Assembly: GCA_963710605.1 (NCBI GenBank)
Contig: CAVQBA010000006.1
Location: 704,001 to 768,000 of the forward strand
DNA: 64,000 bases
Direction: 5' to 3'
Source: an uncultured cyanobacterium
GTDB taxonomy: Bacteria; Cyanobacteriota; Cyanobacteriia; Cyanobacteriales; Cyanobacteriaceae
In this document: in pieces, positions 20,311-32,215 of the stretch
Position numbering within the stretch: the stretch's first letter is position 1
Layout: every line of letters starts with the position of its first letter
The notes under the pieces: generated by a model
The model's database searches: none
What the model was told of the DNA's origin: nothing
Seen by the model: the letters and a program-made list of their open reading frames with translations, nothing else
Position numbers and translations under genes: made by a program

Positions 20311-21701
20311 AATTCAGCATTCATCGGCGTACGAGGGAAAGGAATCACATCACGAATATTATCCATCCCTGTCATAAATTGGACTAGTCTTTCAAAACCT
20401 AACCCGAATCCTGCATGAGGCACAGTGCCATAACGACGTAAATCAAGATACCACCAAATATCATCTGCTTGAATATTCATTTCGGCAATTCTCGATTCTA
20501 AAACATCTAGTCTTTCTTCTCGTTGAGCGCCACCAATTATTTCACCGATATTCGGGGCAAGAATATCCATCGCCGCTACCGTGTTACGATCGTCATTTAA
20601 ACGCATATAAAACGCTTTAATATCTTTAGGATAATCAGTCACAATTACAGGTTTTTTAAAATATTCTTCAGCTAAATAACGTTCGTGTTCGGATTGTAAA
20701 TCGATTCCCCATTCTACAGGAAACTCAAATTTTTTACTAGTTTTTTCTAATAATTTAATAGCTTCAGTATAAGTAACTCTGGCAAACTCATTATTAATAA
20801 TATTATCGGCATTACTTAAGACTGTTTTGTTGATTCTTTTGTTAAAAAACTCTAAATCTTCAGGACATTTTTCTAAGACAAAATTGAAAATATATTTCAA
20901 AAATTCTTCAGCTAAATCTTGATCGCCTTCTAAATCACAAAAAGCCATTTCTGGTTCAACCATCCAAAACTCAGCTAAATGGCGTGATGTATTTGAATTT
21001 TCTGCCCGAAAAGTAGGTCCAAAAGTATAAACATTTTGAAACGACATTGCCATGATTTCGGCTTCTAACTGACCGCTAACAGTTAAATAAGATTTCCGTC
21101 CAAAAAAGTCTTTTTGATAATCTACGCCTTCTTTTTGTTCTGCTACTAGCTTATTTAGATCATAGTTGGTAACTGTAAATAATTCTCCTGCACCTTCACA
21201 ATCACTAGCAGTGATAATAGGTGTATGAGCCCAGAGAAAATCTTTAGATTGAAAAAATTGATGAATCGCAGTAGCACAAGCATTTCTAACTCGCATAACT
21301 GCCCCGATCGTATTTGTTCTTCCTCTTAAATGACCGATCGTTCTCAGAAATTCAAAAGAGTGACGTTTTTTCTGTAAAGGATAGGTTTCAGGGTCACAAT
21401 CACCATAGATTTCGACATTAGTGGCTTGTAACTCTACTCTTTGCCCTTTAGCTGGAGATTCTACTAACTTGCCTTCGACACCAACTGAAACTCCTGTATT
21501 TAGTCTTTTAATCAAGTCATCGTAGTTGGCTAAATCTTGATTTAAAACTACTTGTAAATTAGCCAAGGATGAACCATCACTAACTTCCATAAAGGCAAAT
21601 TCTTTTAGTTCTCTTTTGGTTCTAACCCATCCAGTAATTTCTATTTGTTCGTCTATTTTTCCTGTTTTTAATACTTTAGCTATTCTACTTTTATTAGTCA
21701 T
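20307..21701 (-). CDS. asnS: Asparagine--tRNA ligase
   Basis: [25 protein letters not shown] and GFGLGFERL motifs. Confidence 0.97.
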   Translation of the reverse strand: MTNKSRIAKVLKTGKIDEQIEITGWVRTKRELKEFAFMEVSDGSSLANLQVVLNQDLANYDDLIKRLNTGVSVGVEGKLVESPAKGQRVELQATNVEIYGDCDPETYPLQKKRHSFEFLRTIGHLRGRTNTIGAVMRVRNACATAIHQFFQSKDFLWAHTPIITASDCEGAGELFTVTNYDLNKLVAEQKEGVDYQKDFFGRKSYLTVSGQLEAEIMAMSFQNVYTFGPTFRAENSNTSRHLAEFWMVEPEMAFCDLEGDQDLAEEFLKYIFNFVLEKCPEDLEFFNKRINKTVLSNADNIINNEFARVTYTEAIKLLEKTSKKFEFPVEWGIDLQSEHERYLAEEYFKKPVIVTDYPKDIKAFYMRLNDDRNTVAAMDILAPNIGEIIGGAQREERLDVLESRIAEMNIQADDIWWYLDLRRYGTVPHAGFGLGFERLVQFMTGMDNIRDVIPFPRTPMNAEF

Positions 21702-22029
21702 TATTTGCCTTTATATATATGACAATCTTTTGGTGTTTGATTATAACATCAAATATGAGTAATTAGTAAGTAATTATCACACTTAAGTTAAAAAAAGTTT
21801 TTTTGACAACTGAGTAAGGGAAAATAATTGAAGATATTTCACCCATTATAAAATTTTGTTTAATTTAACATTAATAAAAATAATATTCTTAATTAAAACG
21901 ATCGCTAAAAAGAATCGAAAAAATGGAGAAGAAAAAGAAAATATCTCAAAATAAAAATTAGAAATAAGACTGAAGATAGCTAATAACTTTAAATTAGTTA
22001 ATTTCCTACTTAATGACTCTAAAAACAAA

Positions 22030-22138
22030 TATAGCGTTTATCATCGTTAAGAAGTACAGTTAAGATTGGTAAGTCCCCTTTTCTAAGGGGGACCCGTGGG
22101 GGATTAGTCTGTGTTTCATGATACTGATAATTGCTATA
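22030..22138. mobile_element. 109-bp MITE-like element with TATAGC ends and an internal CCCC..GGGG hairpin
   Basis: Inverted homologue of 33199-33307, same length. Confidence 0.7.
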
Positions 22139-22299
22139 GTTATACTTAATAATATTAATCTGAGATAAAAGATAATATTTTCTGCTGATAATTATTTTGC
22201 AAGCAAACTGAAACAAATTAGTTTCAAACTACGTCTTTAAAGATAGTTAATCATGATTAATTGTTTGATTATTCTATATTTAATCTAGAGAAAAAACAA

Positions 22300-22668
22300 A
22301 TGTTAAAAAAGTTTATTACCATTTCTAGTCTAATTGCTACCTTTTCTATGTCTCCTCTGGTAGTAATACCACAAGCGAGTGCAAACTCAAACATTGTTGA
22401 TAACACGACTCTGGCACAAAAAAAGACTGAAAACACAGGAGTTTTAAGAGCTAATAATCCTTATAGTAGAATCAATCTGCGATCGAAACCGACAATTGCG
22501 AGTAAAGCTTTAGGTTATGGTTTGACAGGTGACGGTGTAGAAATTATTGGTTGTTCGAGTGAATATGGAGACACTTGGCTTCAAGTTAGATTTATTAAAC
22601 CTCCTTATGCGACTGGTTGGATTAGAGCAGATTTAATTCGGACTTCAGTTTCTTTACAATATTGCTAA
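22300..22668 (+). CDS. Secreted SH3b-domain protein
   Basis: Signal peptide; INLRSKPT, GDGVEI, WLQVRF and GWIRAD motifs. Confidence 0.8.
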   Translation: MLKKFITISSLIATFSMSPLVVIPQASANSNIVDNTTLAQKKTENTGVLRANNPYSRINLRSKPTIASKALGYGLTGDGVEIIGCSSEYGDTWLQVRFIKPPYATGWIRADLIRTSVSLQYC

Positions 22669-22922
22669 TTTTTTCAGCAGGTGAGAAAATAAGAGTTGCT
22701 TTTTTTACTTTTGCTGTTTTGGATTATAAGTTTAGATCAATATTATTCATCGCCAATAATACTTATTTTGATTAACTAAAAAAATCTGCTTATATTTAAG
22801 TTGATGAGGCATAATCAGCTAATTAAATTCATAGTTTAGTTTAATCGATCGAGCTTTAAATCAAAATTAATTTTTACGGCAAAATTTTGAGTTAATCGTT
22901 GTCTGTTGATTGCTCAACTGCG

Positions 22923-22951
22923 TTGACAGTCTCTTTTGTTTTAGTTATAAT
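22923..22951 (+). promoter_or_regulatory. Consensus sigma70-type promoter of tRNA-Pro
   Basis: TTGACA (22923-22928), 17-bp spacer, TATAAT (22946-22951). Confidence 0.85.
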
Positions 22952-22976
22952 TGTATCTTGTCAGTTTAAAAATTGG

Positions 22977-23050
22977 CGGGACGTAGCGCAGCTTGGTAGC
23001 GCACCACTTTGGGGTAGTGGGGGTCGTAGGTTCAAATCCTATCGTTCCGA
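22977..23050 (+). tRNA. trnP: tRNA-Pro(GGG); CCA not encoded
   Basis: CGGGACG acceptor stem, CCACT-TTGGGGT-AGTGG anticodon arm, GTTCAAAT T-loop. Confidence 0.96.
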
Positions 23051-23118
23051 TATTTAAATCATATTTAACAGTGGTAGAGACAATGAATTTGTATGCCACT
23101 ACAAGATGACATTGATTA

Positions 23119-23419
23119 TTATTTTTCGTCTTGCCAGTTTTCTAATTCTTCCTTAATAAAATAGTGAACTCTCATCACGATACATTTTTTCAATTACATC
23201 TGGGTTTAATTTTTCTTCTTCTGCCCAAACTCTTCTTTGAGACAGCATTAATTTCAATCTTTCTGGTGCTTTGACACTGGTTTCGCTAGTTTTATATTTA
23301 GCGGCGGCTTTGACATATTCAAATCTTTTACCTAAGATGGCGATCGTTTCTCGATCTAATCTATCAATTTCTGTTCTAATTTCTTTGATATTCGAGCATT
23401 CATTTGGTTGTTTCATCAT
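23119..23419 (-). CDS. Isochorismate-pyruvate lyase / chorismate mutase type II (PchB-like); frameshift near 23170
   Basis: IRTEIDRLD, RFEYVKAAAKYK, VKAPER and RRVWAEE; shifted frame ends VHYFIKEELENWQDEK*. Confidence 0.8.
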
Positions 23420-23437
23420 CAAAAAGAAAAAATATAG

Positions 23438-23599
23438 TATAGCGCAAATACGAGTAAGGAGTAATTTAGAACATCTAGATCTATTTCCCCTCCTTATGAA
23501 GGAGGAGGGGCTGTCATCTGAATTTAATTCAGATGAATGTCAACGCCCCGTAGGGTTAGGGGTGGTTACAAAATGTTAATTAACTTGTTAGTTGCTATA
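23438..23599. mobile_element. MITE-like element with TATAGC ends carrying a nested hairpin insert (23506-23551)
   Basis: Ends shared with 12683-12866; core shared with 45903-45981. Confidence 0.7.
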
Positions 23600-23732
23600 T
23601 CTAAATTTTTCGCATTTGTACTGAGGTAGTAAGATAACTTACGTCTAATACATTGCCAGTTTTATTTTTAATGGACTTATCATATTTTGATGCAGATAAT
23701 TAAAAACTAAATTGTCATCAGCTTTAAAAAAA

Positions 23733-24762
23733 TTAGTCTTCAGCAAAAATATAACGATATAGCTCACTAGGATCTGGTTCTGGACTATTTTCAGCAAATT
23801 CTACCGCTTCAATGATTTCTTTTTCTATTTTTTTATCGATCGCATCTAGTTTGCTTTGATCGACAATATTATTAGTTGTCAAATAACTAGCGAATGTTTT
23901 GATCGGATCTTTTGCATTCCAAAACTCTTTTTCTTTCTCATCTCTTAGCTCATCAGGATCGGCTAGAGAGTGACCACGGAAGCGATAGGTTAAGGCTTCA
24001 ATTAAAGTAGGCACCTTCCCCTGCTCTAGCACGAGCGATCGCTTTTTGGGCTACTTCACGTACCGCTAACAAATCCATACCGTCAACTTCATAACCTTCC
24101 ATATTAAAGACACTGGCTTTTTTATAAATTTCAGGTTGAGATGTAGCACGATCGTGTGCCATACCGATCGCCCATTTATTATTTTCGACAACAAATAAAA
24201 TTGGTAATTTCCACAACGCCGCCATATTTAAACATTCAAAAAATTGACCATTATTACTAGCACCATCACCAAAGAAACAAACACTTACTTGATCAAAATC
24301 TTTTTCTCCTAATACCTTACGGCGATACAAACTCTGATAAGCCGCACCTGTAGCTACAGGAATTCCTTCAGCCACGAACGCATAACCACCTAATAACTTA
24401 TGTTCAGCCGAAAACATATGCATCGAACCACCACGCCCTTTGCTACAACCTGTAGCTTTTCCAAATAATTCAGCCATAACCTCATTTGCTGGTACACCAC
24501 TACTAAGAGCATGAACATGATCTCGATAGGTACTACAAACATAATCAAAATCAGGACGTAAAGATTTGACAATCCCACTAGAAACAGCTTCTTGTCCGTT
24601 GTAGAGGTGAACGAAGCCAAACATTCGACCACGATAATACATTTCGGCACATTTATCTTCAAATAAACGTCCTAGTACCATATCCTCGTAGTACATTAAA
24701 CTTTCGTCAACTGATATTTTTACTTGAGAGTTATCAAATTTAGGAACTATTCTTTCTGCCAT
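23733..24762 (-). CDS. pdhA: Pyruvate dehydrogenase E1 alpha subunit; +1 frameshift near 24011
   Basis: [16 protein letters not shown]...ENNKWAIG, and [12 protein letters not shown] in the second frame. Confidence 0.95.
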
Positions 24763-25090
24763 AGTATTTTATTTTAATTATCCATAGATAATAATTATTG
24801 ACGATCGTTGACGATTAATCAATTTGTCCTTGACAATTATACCAAAGGGCAACTAATAACGATGAAACAGATAACGATCAAATCAATCAATAATTATTAG
24901 TTGAGAACTTGTTAATTGTTAATTATCATTCATCCTTCATATTTAGGTATAATCAATCTGTGTGTATTATAAATTCAATTATATTAACCTTAATCGTTTA
25001 AATCATTAAAACAGCAATATTAATCATTAGTTAATTCATTTTTTTATTGTAGCTACAATATATCTCTAGCAGTTAAGCCAACATTTAGCC

Positions 25091-27406
25091 GTGCAAATTT
25101 CTCTAGATTATTACCGTATTTTGAGTGTGCCGATTCAGGCAGAATTGAGTTTAATTCAACAAGCCTACGAAGATCGAATTGTACAACTACCTCATCACAA
25201 TTATACTGAATATGCGATCGCATCTCGAAAAGAGTTAGTGACCAAAGCATATCAAATTTTAAGTGATGAACAAGCTCGTTTAGATTACGAATCATCGTTT
25301 TTTCAAAATCCACAAGAAACACCAGTAGCAACAGGAGAAGTTTTTCGGGAAGTTAGTATTACGATCGATGATCATTTATTACTTGGTAGTTTAATTATTC
25401 TACTAGATTTGGGAGAATACGAATTAATTTTGCGTATTTGTCAACCTTATCTCCAAGACAAGATTAAAGCGAAGAAATTAGCCAGAAGTCAAGCCCAATT
25501 TAATCTTTTATGGCAAGACTTAATCTTAACTGTTGTTTTAGCTCATTTAGAACTAGCTAGAGAAAAATGGCATGAGCAAGAATATGATTCCGCCGCTGAT
25601 TCTTTAAAGCAATCTTATCAACTTCTATCAAAAGAGCGTTTATTTGCTAATATTTGCAAAGAAGTCAAACAAGATTTGGCTAAACTACGCCCATATCAAA
25701 TCTTAGAATTACTCACTCAAAATCAAGTCGATTTAGAAATGAGAAATAAAGGCATTTATTTATTAAAAGAAATGCTTAATAGTAGAGGCGGTATGGAAAG
25801 TAAGCAAATTGATGAATCAGGATTAAATATTGATGGGTTTTTACGCTTTATTCAACAAATTAGAGTATATCTAACTGTAGAAGAACAACAAAAATTATTT
25901 GAACAAGAAACTAAACGCCCTTCTTCTGCCGCCGCTTATCTTTGTGCTTCTGCTTGTATTGCTAGAGGAGTCAATCAAAAAAATCCTGAATTAATTGTTC
26001 AAGCTAAAAACTACTTAATTTCTCTTACTCTTCAACAAGATGTTTATTTAGAACAAGCTATTTGTGCTTTATTATTAGGACAAACAGCAGAGGCTGAATT
26101 TTCTTTAACTCAAAGTAAAGAAGAAGAAATTATTCAATATATTAAAGAGCTTTCTGAAAATTCTCCTGATTTATTACCTGGGTTATTTGTTTATAGTGAA
26201 AAATGGTTACAGACAGAAGTTTTTCCACAATTTAAAGATTTAAGAAATACATCGGTTTCTTTACAAGAATATTTCACTAACGATTCAGTACAAAAATATC
26301 TTGATAATCTTTCTCCTCCTTTACAAACGGACAATAATGACGAGCCAGCCGATTTAGAATTTCCTCGTTTAGAGATTGATAATTCTTTATCTTTGTTATC
26401 AAACCAAGATGATGAGCAAACAATCTTGATATCTAAAACTGAAGTACAATCTTCAGATAATAACTCTGAATTTGATCAGCAATCTATTGCTTTAAACGAC
26501 GAAAATATCACATTTATTCAGCAACAGCAACAAAATGACGATCGTGTAATAATAACTAAAGTCAATGATAATCAACCAGAAAAGGAAGAAGATTTAATTG
26601 TTTTTGAAGACTTTTTAAGTGCCGATATGACTTTTGAAAAATCGGCTTCAGGAGAATTAGAAGTTTCTTCTCTAACCACAAATGAAACTGTTACACCAAC
26701 TAATGATGAAAATCAAACTCAGGTAACTACAACTTCAAAATCAGTAGAAAAAAAGGCAACTTCTAATGATAAAAGTAATAATTACAATTCATGGAAAATT
26801 GGCGACAAACTAATTGTTTCAATGTTAGTGGCTTTAGTTTCTTTAATTGTGCTTTTACTGTTAGGTTTTCTAGCTTGGCAGGCATGGTCAAAAATTAAAA
26901 ATAATGATCAAGAAGCCGAAAATTTGACGATTTCTTTATCACAACCGATCGTTAATTTTCCGATTCCACCAGATGTATTGACCCCTGTTTCTCCTAATCA
27001 AAATCTACCGACTATACTTAACAACAATACAGCTTTAAACATCGTTAATCAATGGTTAGAAGCTAAAACTCAAGCAACAGGTCCTGATTATGATTTTACT
27101 AAACTTAATCAAATCTTAACAGAACCACAGTTATCTTTATGGTTAGTTAATAGCAAAGCCCTACAAGCGGATAAAGCCTACCGACGTTACGAACATGAAG
27201 TCGAAATTTTATCAGCAAAGACTAATCCTCAAAATGAAACCAAGGGTAAAATACAAGCTAGAGTAAAAGAAAAGTCTCAATATTATGTCAATGATACTTT
27301 ATTGGCTAATTCTTCTTATGAAGATAATTTAGTCGTGGAATATAATTTGGTTCAACAAACAAATAAATGGTTAATACAAGAAATACAGGTGATTAAGACA
27401 AACTAA
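25091..27406 (+). CDS. ftn2: Cell division protein Ftn2/ZipN (ARC6 homologue)
   Basis: LDYYRIL J-like N-terminus, DLLPGL..Y.EKWL..EVFP motif, single TM helix, C-terminal IMS domain. Confidence 0.9.
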   Translation: MQISLDYYRILSVPIQAELSLIQQAYEDRIVQLPHHNYTEYAIASRKELVTKAYQILSDEQARLDYESSFFQNPQETPVATGEVFREVSITIDDHLLLGSLIILLDLGEYELILRICQPYLQDKIKAKKLARSQAQFNLLWQDLILTVVLAHLELAREKWHEQEYDSAADSLKQSYQLLSKERLFANICKEVKQDLAKLRPYQILELLTQNQVDLEMRNKGIYLLKEMLNSRGGMESKQIDESGLNIDGFLRFIQQIRVYLTVEEQQKLFEQETKRPSSAAAYLCASACIARGVNQKNPELIVQAKNYLISLTLQQDVYLEQAICALLLGQTAEAEFSLTQSKEEEIIQYIKELSENSPDLLPGLFVYSEKWLQTEVFPQFKDLRNTSVSLQEYFTNDSVQKYLDNLSPPLQTDNNDEPADLEFPRLEIDNSLSLLSNQDDEQTILISKTEVQSSDNNSEFDQQSIALNDENITFIQQQQQNDDRVIITKVNDNQPEKEEDLIVFEDFLSADMTFEKSASGELEVSSLTTNETVTPTNDENQTQVTTTSKSVEKKATSNDKSNNYNSWKIGDKLIVSMLVALVSLIVLLLLGFLAWQAWSKIKNNDQEAENLTISLSQPIVNFPIPPDVLTPVSPNQNLPTILNNNTALNIVNQWLEAKTQATGPDYDFTKLNQILTEPQLSLWLVNSKALQADKAYRRYEHEVEILSAKTNPQNETKGKIQARVKEKSQYYVNDTLLANSSYEDNLVVEYNLVQQTNKWLIQEIQVIKTN

Positions 27407-27409
27407 ATA

Positions 27410-27505
27410 GTTAAGAGTTAAGAGTTAAGAGTTAAGAGTTAAGAGTTTATAGAGTTAAGAGTTAAGAGTTAAGAGTTAAGAGTTAAGAGTTAAGAGTTAA
27501 GAGTT
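27410..27505. repeat. Heptamer tandem repeat (GTTAAGA)n, about 13 copies with one interruption
   Basis: Direct reading; the same unit occurs inverted at 44726-44762 and as a variant near 49960. Confidence 0.95.
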
Positions 27506-27715
27506 ATTTCAAATAACAATGAGACAATTTTTCCTCTAAAATATTAGTCGCAGTTCAGTGGATAGCGATACTTATTAGCCGTGAAATTCATGACACGAGG
27601 GGCAAATAGCTCATATATTTAAGCTGATTATTACTGTCTCAGCCCAAAAAATTGAAATAACTATAATTAACCTTTAATATTTTATTGTCAATTGTCAATT
27701 GTCAATTGTCAATTA

Positions 27716-27752
27716 TAAAAGGATGAACGATCGATTATCATTCATCCTTTAA
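27716..27752. terminator. Inverted repeat between convergent ftn2 and typA
   Basis: AAAGGATGAA...TTCATCCTTT with A/T-rich flanks. Confidence 0.55.
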
Positions 27753-27781
27753 AAACAATTATTAATTAGTAACTATCTAAA

Positions 27782-29576
27782 TTAACGTTTAACTAATTTT
27801 TTATTTTTTACTTTACGTAAGCGAATTGATTCTGGAGTAACTTCAACTAGTTCATCAGGACCAATATATTCTAAAGCTCTTTCGAGGTTCATTTCGATTG
27901 GTGCTTGTAATTGGACTAATTCATCACCACCTGCGGCACGATGGTTAGTTAATTGTTTAGTTTTACAAACATTAATTTCCACATCTTGAGGACGATTACT
28001 TTCACCAATAATCATGTGTTTATAAACTTTAGTACCGGGTTCAATAAAGAAAACACCTCTGTCTTCAGCATTTTTCATCGCATAGAAAGTAGAAACACCT
28101 TCTTCAAAAGAAGTAAGCACACCGTTATAACGATTATCTAATTCACCCACTAAAGGACGATATTCGTGGAAACTATGGTTCATGATACCCTCACCCTTAG
28201 TCATCCGAATAAAGTCACCACGGAAGCCAATTAAGCCACGAGCAGGAACGATAAACTCTAACTGAGTACGACCATTGATACCACCTTGCATATCTTGCAT
28301 TTCGGCTTTACGTTGTCCTAAACGTTCGATACAAGAGCCTTGACCCCATTCTGGAACATCTAAAACTAAATATTCAAAAGGTTCGTAAGGTTGACCATTC
28401 ATTTCACGGAAAATAACCTGAGGTTGTGATACTTGAAACTCAAAACCTTCACGACGCATATTTTCAATCAAGATACCTAAATGTAATTCACCACGCCCTG
28501 AGACAATAAATTGATCGGTAGTTTCACCGTCTTCTATTCTCATGGCTACATTAGTTTCTAATTCACGATATAAACGATCGCGTATTTGACGAGAGGTGAC
28601 AAATTTACCTTCTAAACCAGCAAAGGGAGAATTATTAACTGAGAAAGTCATTCTCAAAGTCGGCTCATCTACTTTAATTAAAGGTAAAGCTTGAGGCTCA
28701 TTCGGGCAAGTAATTGTTTCACCAATATTGGCATCACCAAAACCTGCTACAGCTACTAAGTTTCCTGCACTTGCTTCGGGGATTTCGACTCTTTGTAAAC
28801 CTTTAAAACCTAATAATTTGTTCACACGGGTTTTGACCATGCTACCATCTTCTTTCATTAAAGCGGCTTGTTGCCCTGCTTGAATAGTACCGTTTTGGAT
28901 TCTACCGATAACGATTCTACCTAAATATTCTGAGTAATCTAAAGTCGTTACTTGTAACTGTAGAGGTTTTTCAGGATCACCTGCTGGGGGTGGAACGTGG
29001 TGTAAGATAGCTTCAAATAATGGTTTCATATCTTTATCTTCATCTTCTATCTCATCTTTAGCAAATCCTGCTAAACCAGAGGCATAAAGAGTTGTAAAGT
29101 CACATTGGTCATCATCTGCACCTAATTCCACGAAATAGGTCAAATACTTTATCTACCGCACTATCTGGATCGGCACGAGGGCGATCGATTTTATTAACAA
29201 CCACGATCGGGCGTAAACCTTTTTCTAAAGCTTTTTTAAGCACAAAACGAGTCTGGGGCATAGGGCCTTCATTAGCATCAACGATGAGTATGCAACCATC
29301 TACCATTCCCAATACACGCTCGACTTCACCACCAAAATCGGCGTGTCCGGGAGTATCAACAATATTAATTAATGTATCTTCGTAAGTTACTGCTGTATTT
29401 TTCGATAGAATTGTGATTCCTCTTTCTCTTTCAATGTCATTAGAATCCAAGACACAAGTTGGTACTTCTTCTCCTTCTCGGAAGATACCTGATTGCTTTA
29501 AAAGTGCATCTACTAAAGTTGTTTTACCGTGGTCAACGTGTGCAATAATCGCAACATTGCGAATAGGTAGAGACAT
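27782..29576 (-). CDS. typA: Translational GTPase TypA/BipA; +1 frameshift near 29134
   Basis: [19 protein letters not shown] and NKID motifs; GRGELHL and [11 protein letters not shown] in the second frame. Confidence 0.95.
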
Positions 29577-29818
29577 ATAAGTTTTTTATTTAATGTAATA
29601 ATTATTCATAGTGTCTTTTAATTCTAACTGATGAGTGTTATTTTTTGTAAATTCTCTGGCTAATATAGAAATTTTTAGTTATTAATACACTACATAATTT
29701 GGGAATTACTTAATGTCGGGATGTTGCAATGCAATGTCTTTGCGAGTAAATTAATATTTATCAGAATCGATCGTCTTTAATGCTCGATCGCACTTTGTTA
29801 AATTTAAAATGTATTTAG

Positions 29819-29948
29819 TAAGTAGTAACGCAAAATTAATTGTGTATTTTGATTATGCTTTGACAACCATAAAACCTCAACTGAATCAAGGGTGCAAACC
29901 TTGCACCCCTACAAATAAATATACAAACAATTTTGTACAGGTACTTAG
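29819..29948. mobile_element. MITE-like element with TAAGTA..CAAAATT / AATTTTG..TACTTA ends and an internal GTAG-type REP (29888-29912)
   Basis: Imperfect terminal inverted repeats; homologous to 40963-41165. Confidence 0.7.
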
Positions 29949-29982
29949 AAGCGATTTAGATAATTAAAAATAAAGATTAGAG

Positions 29983-30228
29983 TTATCTTCTTTTTTTGCG
30001 TTTACGGTTAGTAACTAGCACTGGCGTACCTAAACAAGAAATTGAACCACAATGACAAGTTATATGATTGATTTGATAATCATTTGGATTTAAACGCTTT
30101 AGTTGAGAATTAACGACGCTTTCTTCCCATCTTATTTCACGCATACGCCTTAGAGGAATATAAGCTGAATCTCCATCACAAATATGATTCTTTTTACGCT
30201 CAGTTATTTGACGATATTTCTTTCTCAT
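29983..30228 (-). CDS. Small basic hypothetical protein with CHCGSISC motif
   Basis: 81-aa ATG ORF; no family recognised. Confidence 0.4.
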   Translation of the reverse strand: MRKKYRQITERKKNHICDGDSAYIPLRRMREIRWEESVVNSQLKRLNPNDYQINHITCHCGSISCLGTPVLVTNRKRKKRR

Positions 30229-30416
30229 CTTTTTGTTTCAAAGTATTCTTTATTTAAAATAGTAAGAGAAGAAACGATCGATCTATTTTTTCTGTGGTTC
30301 GATCGTCATCATAAGCCAAAGGTTAAAGGTTTAGTTAGTAATAAAAACGGACATAAGCCGTGCGACAAGGAAAAGCACACGTATAAAGCTCATGCCTGAG
30401 AGTTAATTATTAGTCT

Positions 30417-31304
30417 TTATTTAAGAGGAAAATAAATCAGCGGAAACCAACTACAATTAAGCATATTATTAGAATCGTTACCAACGGTTAGGTTAAGAAT
30501 ACGATCGATTACATTACCCTCTCGATCGTTAGCAACCGCAATCGCACTAATATTAGAAGTAAAAGCAGTTTCAAAAATCTCTTCTAAACGATTACCTGTT
30601 TTAACAATAGTTTCTACTTCAACTCCAGCAGATTCTAAATCTTCTTTGTATTTAGCTAATTTTGTTTGAGCTTCATGCAGATGATTTTCCATTAATATTT
30701 TTGAGCGAGAAACATCTTCAACTACTGTTATCAAGAGACATTTAGGTGGATTACAACTACCTTTACCGATAGCACAAGTTTTAATTTTAGTTAGTAAATC
30801 TCGATCGTGTTCATGATTTTGGTAAGGTATTAGCCAATAATCATTTAAACTACTTAGTCTTAAAGCTATCTCTTCTTCACGATAAACAGAAACTAATTGA
30901 GGGCGTAACACCATCATCGGTACATTTAATCTTTTGGTTAATTTAGCAGTAGTTGAACCAAAAAGTAAATTTTGCCACGAACTACTTAAGGGTGTTCCTG
31001 TAATAATAAAATCAATCTCATATTTTTTGACAGTTGCCAAAATATTATCTGCCGCATTACCAGATAAAACTTCTATATTTACCTTCATTCCTTCAGGGAT
31101 ATTCTCTGATGCAGGTGCTAATTTTTCTTTGGCTTCTGCCATTCTTTCTTTATCAACACGAGGTATTTCGCCTTCTTCCCAAAGGGGAACACTATGAAGA
31201 AATGTTACCTGTTGAAATCCTCCTTCTTTTAATGAGGAAACAAAGTGAATTATTCTTTGTAAACCATCGGTAAAATCAGTACAAATTAAGCAATTTTTAA
31301 ACAT
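30417..31304 (-). CDS. Universal stress protein (tandem USP domains)
   Basis: LICTDFTD and LLFGSTT motifs. Confidence 0.88.
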   Translation of the reverse strand: MFKNCLICTDFTDGLQRIIHFVSSLKEGGFQQVTFLHSVPLWEEGEIPRVDKERMAEAKEKLAPASENIPEGMKVNIEVLSGNAADNILATVKKYEIDFIITGTPLSSSWQNLLFGSTTAKLTKRLNVPMMVLRPQLVSVYREEEIALRLSSLNDYWLIPYQNHEHDRDLLTKIKTCAIGKGSCNPPKCLLITVVEDVSRSKILMENHLHEAQTKLAKYKEDLESAGVEVETIVKTGNRLEEIFETAFTSNISAIAVANDREGNVIDRILNLTVGNDSNNMLNCSWFPLIYFPLK

Positions 31305-31423
31305 TATCTTTACAGTTTTTTATTCTTTATTCTTTATAATCTATTATCTATTATCGCCTAAAGGTATCAGCTATTGACTTATCGATTTATATAAATAGAT
31401 AATTAGTATAGTTAGTTAAAATT

Positions 31424-32029
31424 TTAAGTCACTATTTTTTCACCACTTAAAATAAAAATAGGGGCAACCGCCGCAAATACTTGACTCAAGCCTCTTTTTT
31501 CTAATCGATTCAATGATGATTGGACTACTTCAATATTACACGCTCTGAGGTATGCCAAAGTCTCGGATATTTGATACAAATTTTCTAGATTATTTGCCGA
31601 TGCTACTATTCTGCCTTCTGTCGGTAGATGTTTCCATCCTTTAAGTAAAATATCTTTGATTGATTTACCGCCACCGATATGAATTCGATCGGGTTTTTGA
31701 GGCAATTTTTCAAAACAATCAGGTGCATTTGCTTCTATTACAGTTATATTATTTACACCAAATCGATCGCAATTTTGATTAATTAAATCTACCACTTCTG
31801 GATCTCTTTCGACGGCGATAATTTGAGTTTGTGGACAAAGTAAAGCAATTTCGATCGCAATTGTACCTGTACCTGCACCAATATCCCAAACCACAGAATT
31901 TTCTTTTAGTCTAAGTGCGGACAAAATTAAAAGCCTAACTTCTTTTTTCGTTAAAGGAATACCAGGCAATCTAGCAAATAATTCATCGGGAATACCGGGA
32001 GTTTTGTACTGCCAAACCATGATTTTCAA
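31424..32029 (-). CDS. cbiT: Precorrin-6Y C5,15-methyltransferase subunit CbiT
   Basis: PGIPDELF, IPLTKKEVR and WDIGAGTG motifs. Confidence 0.92.
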   Translation of the reverse strand: MKIMVWQYKTPGIPDELFARLPGIPLTKKEVRLLILSALRLKENSVVWDIGAGTGTIAIEIALLCPQTQIIAVERDPEVVDLINQNCDRFGVNNITVIEANAPDCFEKLPQKPDRIHIGGGKSIKDILLKGWKHLPTEGRIVASANNLENLYQISETLAYLRACNIEVVQSSLNRLEKRGLSQVFAAVAPIFILSGEKIVT

Positions 32030-32215
32030 GAATTGAGAATGGAGAATTGAGAATTGAGAATTATCTCTGACATGAAAAGAAGAAGAAGATTGATTGCTAC
32101 TTTTTTTTCTTGTTTCTTTTTTTCAAGTAGAGGCTTTAAACCTTAATAATACAGTAATTAATAATTAATCATGAATAATTAAGAAGATTTTGTCAAAGTT
32201 TGCTCTTTTAAAAAA

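Noticed and set aside
21846-22216. Two short minus-strand ORFs
   Set aside because: Low-complexity AT-rich frames, one crossing a MITE; no RBS or motif
23271-23579. 102-aa plus-strand ORF
   Set aside because: Antisense to the pchB-like gene and runs through a MITE
23051-23730. Integrative element at tRNA-Pro
   Set aside because: No integrase and no duplicated tRNA 3' end seen
27410-27505. Possible CRISPR array
   Set aside because: Pure 7-bp tandem repeat with no spacers; no cas genes in the window
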